NCBI GenBank assembly: GCA_965215015.1
Contig: OZ244042.1
Coordinates: 736,001-800,000 of the forward strand
DNA: 64,000 bases
Direction of reading: 5' to 3'
Source of the DNA: Candidatus Poribacteria bacterium
Lineage (GTDB): Bacteria > Poribacteria > WGA-4E > PCPOR2b
Position 1 is the stretch's first letter. Each line of letters starts with the position of its first letter. Positions 40,798 to 51,100 of this stretch are shown in pieces. The notes beneath the pieces are model-generated. The model did not search any database. It saw only the letters and a list, made by a program, of their open reading frames with translations, and had not been told where the DNA came from. The translations under genes and the position numbers were made by a program.

Positions 40798-41622
40798 ATG
40801 TCCACAAAACTGACCGATACACATCTTGAAGAACTGGAAGTGAAAGGCTACGTTATCGTTCCGGGCTATTATACAGGCGAAACGTTGCGTGAAATGCAAG
40901 CCGCACAGCGAAGGGCACTCCCCACATGGGATGCAGTGAAGGCAGATCCACCGCAGAACCGGGCGATTCTCACCGATTTCCCACCGCCAGAGATAGCACT
41001 ACTGCGAGGCATCGTTGACCATCAGGCATGGACGTTTGCCAGAAAGTGGCTCAAGACAGAACATATCCATTTTCGCGCCGGTTGCATGATCGCCCGCTAT
41101 CCCGGTTTCAAGGGGGGTGGCGTAGGCAGTGACGCTGCTGGTTTACATATCGATAACGGAAATAACTCCTTGCTGCCTCCCTCTGACACATTGCGCGAAT
41201 TTGGTCAACTTGTCTTTTGGATGCATCTCGAAGATGTTGATGAAGACCAAGCCCCACTGCGGCTGCTTGCCAAGGAACACGGGCGCGACACGACCAAGTA
41301 CGAGCCCTTAATCTGCAAAGGTGGAACGCTGTGTGTGTTCACCAATTACACCTTGCACTCTGCGAGCGATTATCTCCGTGCGGACGGTCAACGCTTCACA
41401 TGGGGATTTGGGATTGGCAGAGCCGACAACTATTGGGAAGGGTTTAGACACTATACAGACAAGGGGAGGCACGCGGTGTTTAGTCAGTTCATCGGAACGC
41501 TGACGGCGAAAGAGCGTGAAGTTTTCCGCTTTCCACCGGCAGGGCATCCATACTACACACCACAAACCTTGGAGGCCTTGGAGGAACAGTACCCCGGCTG
41601 GAATGCAAACGGCGAGTATTAA
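40798..41622 (+). CDS. PhyH-like dioxygenase
   Basis: KGYVIV, LHID, TLHSAS. Confidence 0.75.
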   Translation: MSTKLTDTHLEELEVKGYVIVPGYYTGETLREMQAAQRRALPTWDAVKADPPQNRAILTDFPPPEIALLRGIVDHQAWTFARKWLKTEHIHFRAGCMIARYPGFKGGGVGSDAAGLHIDNGNNSLLPPSDTLREFGQLVFWMHLEDVDEDQAPLRLLAKEHGRDTTKYEPLICKGGTLCVFTNYTLHSASDYLRADGQRFTWGFGIGRADNYWEGFRHYTDKGRHAVFSQFIGTLTAKEREVFRFPPAGHPYYTPQTLEALEEQYPGWNANGEY

Positions 41623-41721
41623 ACAGCAACTCAAGGATTGGATTCGCAGATCAATTGCCTCATCCACCTTTCATAGAGGATGGAATCTGGCCTATTTCCC
41701 TGGCGGATATGGGTCAAACTA

Positions 41722-42021
41722 ATGAGAATTACCGCCGAATTAATCATAATCATTGGAAGTTTGATGCTTGGCAGGGGGTTTTCGGTGCAGGAGGCATTGT
41801 ATGTGCGGCAGAACAGGAACATCCGATGGTGCAATGGAGCCGTTTCGGGTAGAAATGTAATTTTGGGAATAGTTCTTGCTGCCGCTAATGTTGCTAATCT
41901 AAACCAGAGCAGAGATAATCCTGCTTGGTTCGGTTTAAAGCTGGCGGTATCAGATGCAGAGAAGTAGATAACGCTTTGGGGGCGGATGAAACGGAAGCCC
42001 ATTTTAGTATTTTCAGATTGA
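41722..42021 (+). pseudogene. Decayed secreted-protein gene that keeps a signal-like N-terminus and the C-terminal WG-x-x-K motif
   Basis: MRITAELIIIIGSLML ... LAVSDAEK*ITLWGRMK with TAG at 41965-41967. Confidence 0.5.
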
Positions 42022-42141
42022 ATCGTTGCACCGTGAAACAGAATAGTGGACAGAATATGAACAGTGTCAACGTCGTGGACCAAAATTCACATTTCTATTT
42101 TGGCAAAATGACCGACGACATCCTAATACAAGGAGAACAGA

Positions 42142-43080
42142 ATGAACCAAACTGAGAGAATACCTCTCGATCAATATCGTACAGTAGTCACGCGGCCCGC
42201 TGACTTCGATGCGTTTTGGGACGACCTACTAGCACAGTCAGCGGAGATTCCACTGAACGCAACGGTGGAGTTGGTGCCATTACGCTGTACGCCAGAGGTC
42301 GAAGTTTATGACGTGCACTACGATAGTCTTGACGGTGTACGCATCGCTGGCTGGTATGCCCTGCCGCGTGAACGGTCCGGGAAGCTGCCCACCATCGTGC
42401 AGATGCCGGGCTACCTTCAGGACCCACCCATCCCGCGGTCGTGGGCACAGGATGGTTACGCTGCTTTCTCTGCCGCCCCGCGTGGGAAGATTCGCAGTAA
42501 CCAACAGTTTGACCCCGGTTATCCGGGCTTGCTGACGCATAACATGGTTGACCGCAACACCTATACCTATCGTGGCTTTTATATTGATGCAGCCCGGACG
42601 ATTGATTTCTTGCTTTCGCGTGATGAGGTTGATAGTGAGCGGATTGGCGTTACCGGCAGCAGTCAAGGCGGTGGATTAACGATTTCCACGGCAGCGTTGC
42701 GTCCCGAAATCCGTGCCGCAGCAGCAGGCGCACCGTATCTTTGCGGATATATGGATTCAATAGAACTGACATACACCTATCCATACCAAGAAATCCGTGA
42801 CTATCTACGGCTCTATCCTGAGCAGAGAGAGGCGGTACGCGACACGCTGGCGTACTTCGATGGTATCAATTTTGGACCTCGGATTACTTGTCCCATCATG
42901 GTCTACATCGGTTTGCAGGACAACGTTTGTCCGCCAGAAACAGGCTACGCTGTCTTTAACACTCTAGCCTCCGAAGATAAGCAGATTTATCCTTACGACG
43001 GACATGGTCACGATGCTGGCGCGGTTCATCACGGGCCAATCCTAAAGGATTTCTTCAAAAATCACCTACACAACTGCTGA
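42142..43080 (+). CDS. CE7 acetylxylan esterase / cephalosporin-C deacetylase
   Basis: PADFDAFW, GSSQGG nucleophile, QDNVCPP (Asp), GHGH (His). Confidence 0.92.
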   Translation: MNQTERIPLDQYRTVVTRPADFDAFWDDLLAQSAEIPLNATVELVPLRCTPEVEVYDVHYDSLDGVRIAGWYALPRERSGKLPTIVQMPGYLQDPPIPRSWAQDGYAAFSAAPRGKIRSNQQFDPGYPGLLTHNMVDRNTYTYRGFYIDAARTIDFLLSRDEVDSERIGVTGSSQGGGLTISTAALRPEIRAAAAGAPYLCGYMDSIELTYTYPYQEIRDYLRLYPEQREAVRDTLAYFDGINFGPRITCPIMVYIGLQDNVCPPETGYAVFNTLASEDKQIYPYDGHGHDAGAVHHGPILKDFFKNHLHNC

Positions 43081-43117
43081 TTTATCCCTCATCAACCCCA
43101 GCCCTAAGGAGTCAATT

Positions 43118-43987
43118 ATGTCTAATACATCTCGACCAAAAGATTTTGATGCGTATTGGCAGCGGGTTTGTCGTGAACTGAAAGCCACCCCTATCGCTGC
43201 CGAAGAGGAACATCTGCCGATTCGATCAACGGAGTTCTGCGAATGCTATGCGGTGCGTTTCACCGGCATCGGACCCTATCAATTGTTTGGCTATTTAAGT
43301 GTTCCACATGGGGACGGACCGTTCCCGACTCTGCTGCTTGGTCCGGCATATCGCAGTGTCGTGGATCCGTTGCCCCAGGGGGATGCCAACGAAAAACGGG
43401 GACGCTTCCTTGTTTTTTCAACCGCCGGGCGTGGACAGCGCAATGCCGACAAACCGTATGCGGGATTATTTCCCGGTATGATGACTGAGGGAATTGATAC
43501 GCCTGAAACCTCTATTTTTCGTGGATTTGTTGCGGATTGGTTGCGGGCTGTCGACTATTTGCTGACACGCCCAGAAGTGGACCGCTCCCGCATTGCAGCG
43601 ATTAAGAAGGAAGGTATGCCGCTATTGACAGCAGCACTTCGACCTGAAGTGACCCATGTCGTCGCTTCGCCGGGAGATTTTTACAATACTCGCCATCAAG
43701 TACCGGGAGAGGTTGAAGACTACCTTCGTTTGTATCCAGAGAAGGAGGCACAGGTCAGACGAACACTCTCCTATTTCGATCCACTTTTCTTCGCGCCGGA
43801 CGTGCGTGCGCGGACATTGCTCTGGGGAAACCCAGAGGCGGTCGCGCCACTGACCGAAGCGTTCGCCGGCGAGATTGACGTCCAACCGACCGAGCATTCT
43901 TCGTATAAAGACGGGCTTTTTCAGGAACGGTGGATCGCCGATCAATTTGGCTTTGAGGACATCATTATTCCCGCACACTGGCAATAG
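43118..43987 (+). CDS. CE7-like paralog lacking the catalytic Ser motif
   Basis: PKDFDAYW, RGQ, RAVDYL, TLSYFDP retained; GxSxG replaced by AIKKEG. Confidence 0.8.
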   Translation: MSNTSRPKDFDAYWQRVCRELKATPIAAEEEHLPIRSTEFCECYAVRFTGIGPYQLFGYLSVPHGDGPFPTLLLGPAYRSVVDPLPQGDANEKRGRFLVFSTAGRGQRNADKPYAGLFPGMMTEGIDTPETSIFRGFVADWLRAVDYLLTRPEVDRSRIAAIKKEGMPLLTAALRPEVTHVVASPGDFYNTRHQVPGEVEDYLRLYPEKEAQVRRTLSYFDPLFFAPDVRARTLLWGNPEAVAPLTEAFAGEIDVQPTEHSSYKDGLFQERWIADQFGFEDIIIPAHWQ

Positions 43988-44069
43988 TAAAAGTGAGAAA
44001 GAGATCCGCTCTTTGGAAGATGTCGAATCTTCCGAGGTTTTAGGTGCGTGCTGCCTAAGGAGAAAAAGG

Positions 44070-45061
44070 ATGAAATACCCGAAATGCAGTCGTCTCCCTC
44101 AAACTACATATACATTCAGGGGGTATCTCGCCGATTATCTCAGCGGCGTTACGGAACAGTGGCTGAAGGCAACACCATTGGCAAATCCGGGGATGTTAGA
44201 AATTTTTCGAGATCGAGATCGGCAGCGCCCAACTCGGTTACTGGCCTGCATTCGCACACCGGACACTGGGTGACTTACAACACACCGATGGACGGTGTAC
44301 GCCGCGCTAGTGCCCATGACATCGTGTTTCAGGCACGAGAAGACAGTCCCGAACTGAACTGTTGTAGTGTCAATGGTCCACGCGGGTTGGGTATAGTCAG
44401 CACCTGGGTATTGATGCGCTGCAGAGGCGGACTGATACTTAACAGGTATGGCTCATCCACCATGAAGGCTCAGTTATCATCAGAGGTAACGATTGAGTTA
44501 GTGCAGAAAACGGAGTATCCCCGTACAGGGAAGATTGCAATCAATGTCTCACCCTCACGTCCTACGCAGCTCGTCTTGAAATTACGCATCCCCTACTGGT
44601 CTTCCAAAACGAGGATCAAACTGAACGGTGAGCGTGTGAAATCGGTGCCGCCGGCAACCTACCTTGTAATGGATAGGGAATGGAAGGTTGGGGATAAAAT
44701 CGAACTTGAACTGGACATGTCGCTCCACGACTGGATTGGTGAGAAAGAGTGCGAAGGGAAGGCTTCCATTTACCGCGGTCCCATCCTGTTAACCTATGAT
44801 CGACGTCTCAACACGATGGGCCGCGATAAGATTCCCACGCTCAACGCCACGGCGATGAAAGAGCGGTTGATAGACAACAAAGATAACCTGCCAACTGTTG
44901 TGCTCATAGAGTATACTGCTCCAGATGGGCGCAAGTTGTGGCTCTGCGACTTTGGTAGTGCAGGCGAAAGTGGCTCTCCATATCGCTCATGGCTGCCGGT
45001 AGAGCAGATCAAAAAGACCCATTTTGCTTCAGATAATCCGCTACGTAGTGGACGCTCCTAA
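44070..45061 (+). pseudogene. GH127-like (beta-L-arabinofuranosidase family) gene with internal deletion and frameshift
   Basis: RBS and ATG 44070 give MKYP...QWL...NPGMLEIFRDRDR; frame switches near 44230 to NSVTGL...YNTPM...ELNCCSVNGPRGLG...TEYP...LRIPYWS...RGP. Confidence 0.75.
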
Positions 45062-45088
45062 TAGCAACCGGACACTATTACAAACTCC

Positions 45089-46390
45089 ATGAGAATTCCC
45101 AATGTTTTGCGACGCACCCCTCAAGTTAAAAAGAATACAGTCGTTTCAACCCCCAACTCTGTAGACATTCCGAAACCAAGCCCAACAAAACCGAAGAAAT
45201 ATCTATGGTGGTGCAGTCTGCTTCACATCATCAACGACGGTTACATCTCCAGTCTATCCATTCTGCTTCCGTTCATCGCAGTAGATCTGAATCTCACCTA
45301 CACCCAATCCGGTCTCCTTAAAACTGCTAGTCATGGAGCGATAAGCGCGACCCAGATACCCGCCGGGATTCTGGCAGAACGACTCGGAGATATATTGATC
45401 CTAGGCATAGGCACAACGTGGTTTAGCCTGAGTTATATGGGGTTGATTCTGGCGTTCAGCTATCCTTTAGCATTGATACTGATCTTTGCGTCCGGGGTAG
45501 GTGGTGGGGTATATCATCCGGTGGGGACCGCCCTCGTCTCAAATGTTTATCCACCCGAAAAGGTGGGGCCTGCAATCAGCACCTTGAACTTTTTTGGCGA
45601 TGTTGGAAAGGTGCTCTTCCCAGCCTTAGCGGGAATCCTGGTCATCAGGATTGGCTGGGGAGCGAGCTGCGCGGTGTTGGGAACGATTGGGCTCGCAGCT
45701 TCTGTCTTGTATATCTTCTTTTTTAAAGCGGACATGGGTAGAAAAAGGAACCAAACCACACAGAAGATGGAAGAACAGACAGATGGTCGTGCAAAGTGGA
45801 GGACGTTTCAGGGTTGGGGCATAGTACAACCGACCCAGTTTACACTCTACTCTATCCTTGGACTTTTGGATAACGGTATTCGAGCCGCTGTTACGACGTT
45901 TCTGGCATTTTTGATCAAAATCCGTGTTGAGGCGGGTGCTGTAGGTGGGTTGATGTCCCTGACGTTTTTCGGAGGGGCTTTGGGGAAACTGTTGTGCGGA
46001 ATGCCGATTCAGAAATTGGGCATCAAAAAGATTATTTTGATCACAGAGTTATTGATGATACTTGGCTGCCTCGCCCTGCCTTCAGTGCCGTCGGGATGGG
46101 TTATTGTGCTGTTCCTACCATTGTTTGGGTTTATGTTAAATGGAACCTCCTCTGTCATCTATGTTGGAACAGCCCCGACGCTCAATTCGGAGTTTCGTAG
46201 CCGAGGTTATGCGTTGCACTATACCCTGAGTTTCATCGCTTCTGCAACCGCGCCATACCTTGCCGGCTTCGTTGGAGACACCTATGGCCTGAAAGCCATC
46301 TTCTACGTAAACGGTACGGTGATGCTATTTGCGCTGCCACTGGTGATATTTTTGAAAAACGGGGTACCTTCTGACGAAGCGTCCCACTAA
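45089..46390 (+). CDS. MFS transporter (Fsr-like)
   Basis: About 12 TM segments, HIINDGY, GILAERLG, YHPVG. Confidence 0.88.
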   Translation: MRIPNVLRRTPQVKKNTVVSTPNSVDIPKPSPTKPKKYLWWCSLLHIINDGYISSLSILLPFIAVDLNLTYTQSGLLKTASHGAISATQIPAGILAERLGDILILGIGTTWFSLSYMGLILAFSYPLALILIFASGVGGGVYHPVGTALVSNVYPPEKVGPAISTLNFFGDVGKVLFPALAGILVIRIGWGASCAVLGTIGLAASVLYIFFFKADMGRKRNQTTQKMEEQTDGRAKWRTFQGWGIVQPTQFTLYSILGLLDNGIRAAVTTFLAFLIKIRVEAGAVGGLMSLTFFGGALGKLLCGMPIQKLGIKKIILITELLMILGCLALPSVPSGWVIVLFLPLFGFMLNGTSSVIYVGTAPTLNSEFRSRGYALHYTLSFIASATAPYLAGFVGDTYGLKAIFYVNGTVMLFALPLVIFLKNGVPSDEASH

Positions 46391-47784
46391 TGGAAGCGCA
46401 ACGAAAACAGGTCTGCATCCTTCATCGCAAAACGCAGACGAATCGGGGTTCCAGCCAGCTTGCTGACATTGCTGCCACCCTCCCAACGAACGATCCGCTC
46501 CAATTCATCGCCGATAATCTCTGGACATTCGTCAAGGGTATAACCCGTAACGGGCACCCCACTCGCCTCCTGAATTTCGATGCGAAGACCTCCGGCGGCA
46601 CTGGTGGAATAATTAATCTCCAATTCCTCACCCGAAAACGTAAATGGTTTGGTCACCATTTCACCACCTATGTAGGGCGCACAGACCGAAGCGAAACCGT
46701 CAATTCGGAGCGTCATACGCTCCAGGTGTGCCGTTTGCTGGTCGTAATCCCGTTGGACATACAGGGACATCTCACTCGCCCCGGTTTGCACGACTCCAAG
46801 CGCGGGATAGTTTGTCCGCGAGGTCCAGTTGTTGTAACCGATTCCCGGACGGATGAAACTCTCCTTGAACGTGAAGTTGTAGTGGGTTGTGCCCGCCCGT
46901 GTAGTCAGCAGGACCCCATCCGAGATGTCTATCCCACCGCCGCTGACTGGATTCGGGCAGACCGCCGCTGACTGTGTTTCCGTCAACGCGGGTCTGTTGA
47001 AGTGGATGCGGCCGGGGAGTGAGATGTAGATGTGCGGAGCGCGAAAGTAGGGATGCATCTGGTTGGTGTACAAATGCTGCGAGGGGGTTGTGCTGCCGGT
47101 ATCGCTGAAGGTCATCGGGGTTTGCTCTGTCCAGTTGAGAAAATCTGTTGACGTTGCCCGTGCCGTCGATCGAATACGGGCACCGCTAACCATGTGACGG
47201 GCGTAGAGGACGTAACAGCCCTCAACTTCCGACCAGAACATCACATTCTGAGAATCAAAGTTGTTTTCCAAAGCTATTGGGACAATGGGTTCATCGCGTA
47301 ACTTAGTCCAGTGGATGCCGTCGGTAGACGTATAACCCACCAGACTGCTGGGCTGCTGCTGATCGCGTGCGTTCGCTTTATATCGCTCGGCTTCGGGGAC
47401 GCCTGGCCGTGTGTCGACAAATGCACAGAACTGACCGTTATGCGGTAGAATGGCATTATTCTTTGTTGACCCGTTAATCTTAACGAGACCGAGGTCCGGT
47501 TTTGTCCAGTGGATACCATCCCCGCTTTCCGCATAACAAGTTGGGTGCGGTCTCTGTCCCATGAGGCTGCCCCGATAGTACATGCGGTATATATCATTGT
47601 CCTTGAGAACCGTTGTGTAAAAAGCCAGACGGTCTTCCCATGGTTGATCGTATCGGATAGCAATCCCCGCCGGCTGTGGATGATGCAGCTTGAGGCTTGT
47701 CCTATCAAGCCTGTCAATGAGATAGCAATCAACGAACAACTCGCGTTGCGAACTGATGTCGCGGATTTCTGCGGTTTGAGGCAT
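46387..47784 (-). CDS. Hypothetical beta-propeller glycoside hydrolase-like protein
   Basis: RELFVD, YAESGDGIHWTKP, STDGIHW, FDSQN, LRIDGFAS, ADLFSLRF. Confidence 0.75.
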   Translation of the reverse strand: MPQTAEIRDISSQRELFVDCYLIDRLDRTSLKLHHPQPAGIAIRYDQPWEDRLAFYTTVLKDNDIYRMYYRGSLMGQRPHPTCYAESGDGIHWTKPDLGLVKINGSTKNNAILPHNGQFCAFVDTRPGVPEAERYKANARDQQQPSSLVGYTSTDGIHWTKLRDEPIVPIALENNFDSQNVMFWSEVEGCYVLYARHMVSGARIRSTARATSTDFLNWTEQTPMTFSDTGSTTPSQHLYTNQMHPYFRAPHIYISLPGRIHFNRPALTETQSAAVCPNPVSGGGIDISDGVLLTTRAGTTHYNFTFKESFIRPGIGYNNWTSRTNYPALGVVQTGASEMSLYVQRDYDQQTAHLERMTLRIDGFASVCAPYIGGEMVTKPFTFSGEELEINYSTSAAGGLRIEIQEASGVPVTGYTLDECPEIIGDELERIVRWEGGSNVSKLAGTPIRLRFAMKDADLFSLRFH

Positions 47785-48170
47785 TGGATTTGGCTCCTTT
47801 CATATCAATTGGGTGATTCCTATCAGTCGGAAAAAGGTTACTACAACCTACCCAAAAACACAAACAAAAAATCTTAGGAAAAAGATCTGTTTGACGCGCA
47901 ACCGAATATTTGCTAAACTTTTGAGTGCCGGACACTTTTCTGGAGATCTTTCAGATTCTCGGAAATATCTGTTGGAATTCGGTGTGCTGAATCCTCATTG
48001 ACGAAAATGAGAATCTCTCGTACAAAAACATTCGAGCTAAGCCAACCCCGATAAGGTCGAGATTCAAAGCCATTTGAAATCGCTCCCAGTTTCAACGTCT
48101 TGACAAACCTCCCAGTCCAATGCTGTAAGGCATTGGAAATATCATTTTTCAACTTAAGGTGGCTCCGGGA

Positions 48171-51100
48171 ATGCGTACCATCACAAATCTTGTTCTCATC
48201 TTTTATATCTGCCTGTTCTATAACCTTATTCATGCGAGGACGGGGAACGCACAGGGTTTGTCACAATCCATTGGGGTTAGCTTTGCGGACTCTCAAAACG
48301 GAACCGTACCTACCAATGTCCCACAGGCTGAAGTCTCCCTATCAAGGCATGGGGACAACAAAACCGGAACTGAAGAAGCAGTTACACAAACTACCTCTGA
48401 GGGGAATCCCCTCCAGTACCGTTCTACCTCTGAACAACAGACTAGCTATGACGATGTTTATGGGCTTGAACTGGCGTTACCCGTCGCGGGGAGCGTGAAA
48501 GTGCAGGCGGCAGCAAAGGAAGCCATCATTGTCAAACTTGAAAAGCATGGGACAGGTAGCAACGAAGAAATCGTCCAAACCTACCTCGACACGGTGGAAC
48601 TAGAAATTTCCACAAAGGATGATATCTTACTGCTGACCCCGCGCCTCCCAAAATCTCCGGATTCAGACGCTAAGTTGACTCGTCTAAACTGCTCTATCGA
48701 AGCCCCTCCCGATCTAACCCTCAGAATCAAGACAACATCTGGAAATATTAGCGTACACCGTATCCGCGGCGACATGGTTTTGACAACGATGGTCGGCAAT
48801 GTTCATCTCGATGAAGTGATGGGAGCATATCAGGTTAGCCTTCAAGAAGGACAAATCTACGGAAAGATTCTCTTGACCGGCGGTGCCAACACATTTGAGA
48901 CGCAAGTCGGTTCAATAAATCTTGTGGTTATGGACGAGATTGCGGCAAAAATGACCCTCAAGACGCACGATGGCACAATTTCGTTGCGCTTGCCAGAAAG
49001 CTATCCAGCGGATCTCGAGATACAGGTCGAAAGCACAGATCAACGCGCCATTACCATTGACCTGCCGGTGGAGCTTGAAACCGCTTATGTGGGAGATGTC
49101 ATCCAAGGCTGGATCAACGATGGCGGACCTCTGATTCAAATGACCGCAAGCCAAGGAATCACCATTCTGCCTTCCCAATCTGTTTCCACTGAATCCGAAA
49201 CGGATGATAGTGAGGTGGAAGCCAACGATCCTTACACCGAAGCCGATCTGACTCCTCCGCCAACGGTTAACATCCCTCACGCGTTTGTACAGCCGGTAAT
49301 TGATGGCGATCTATTCGAGAAAGCTTGGGCAAACTCAGTGCCACTTTCCCCCTTCTATAAAGCAGATGCAACCACGCAGCCCGACGAACAGACACAGGGG
49401 TTTCTCCTTTGGGATGAACAGTACCTCTATATCGGTGCCAGAATATATGATTCGCAGATGAAGCGGCTTCCAATCACACAAACCAATCCCGATTCACCGG
49501 TTTGGCTTGATGACACCCTAGAAATTCTAGTGGATCCGAATCCGAAAACTCCGACTTATCACCACCTCATTATCAACCCAATTGGTACAGTTTTCGATCA
49601 GCGCATCGAAGCGGATTATTCGTTGGATTCCAATCTTAAAGCTGCTTATGAAAGAATAGCAAAACCCGATTGGGATTCTCGCGTCCAAGTTAAAACGCAG
49701 ATTGCTTCGACTTTTTGGAGCGTGGAGGTTGCGTTGCCCCGTAATGTACTTGAATCTCCCACCTCCGAAAGCTGGCGATTCAACCTACATCGCAAAATGC
49801 AGGGTCATTCCACCGAATCCGCATCGAAGCTGGCTGGGGAGTACAGCTACTGGTCACCGACTTATGACAAAGTTCGACCCTGGTGGCCCCATTGGCCCGA
49901 TCGGTTGGGTGTCATACACTTGGCCGAGACGAAAGATTCTGAACCTTCACAGAGCTTTGAATTCGTGGAGCAGTTCGCGCTTGCCGCCATTAAGGTTGAG
50001 GGAAACGGTGATATCCCGACATCGGAACTCCTTGAGAAGATCCCCTTCCAGCCGGGTGATATTATTTCCATTGACGAACTGTCATGGCTCAACCGTGAAC
50101 TTGAAGCACTCGACTGGTTTCGCGATGTGCACATAGAAACAAGCGAGGTCGCTAAAGAGACCGTTGAAAAACCGGGCGGATTGTCCGTCAGGGGAGAACC
50201 CAACTTACCAGTCACTGTCGCGCCGCGTGCCGGGGACTCTGGCGATGAGCCGCCTCCAATCCCTATCTTCAGGGTGAAGTTACGTATCCATGTGACCGAA
50301 GCACCAACAGTTACTGTGGATCGGCTCGATCTGGATCAAAATAGGTATTTTATATCTCCATTCCTTCGCAGAGCATTCGGGTTGAAGCCAGGACGTACTT
50401 CAGTTGAAGGACTAGAGATGAAATGTCAACTGATTGAAAACCTTTATAGGCACCACGGTTATGACCTTGTGCGGGTCCTCCATCAATTTTCCGGCACGCA
50501 TCTGTTGGTTGAGGTTGACGAAGGGCATTTAGACGACATCCGTTTTTCTGGGAACCGCCGAATTAAGCACACGGAGTTGATTGACGCGCTCGGTTTCAAG
50601 CAGGGAGACGCCTATAGCAAGCGGATCGGTACGGCGCGCCTCAATCAGATGCGAGCGAGGCTCAATAAAAATAACCTCTACTTCAAGAGAATCAAAAACT
50701 GGGAAGTGAAGCGGGAAGGGGACCAGAACGTACTTGCCATTGAGGTTGAGGAGCGGCCGCGAATCAACGTGAACTGGCGACCAGTCTTCGACTTTAACCG
50801 TGTACACGGTTTAATTTTAGGCGGAGGTGGGGCACTTTCAACGATAGAGGCGAACGCGCAAATCTATGGGGAGGTCAGCAACGGACTGTCAAGCAAAATT
50901 TGGAATTATCAACTGGGGGCTGAAAAGACCTGGTTTGACCGCCATGCCCTGAGTATTGGCGGAAGCGTTTACAAGCGGGCGGATACCAACGCCTATACTG
51001 GATTGTCCGAAGGTAAAGAATTCCTTTCTGCCCTCCTCTTTGGTGACACCTTTTTGGATTATTATAAGCGCGAGGGATATCAGGCCCGGGTGAAGGGGAA

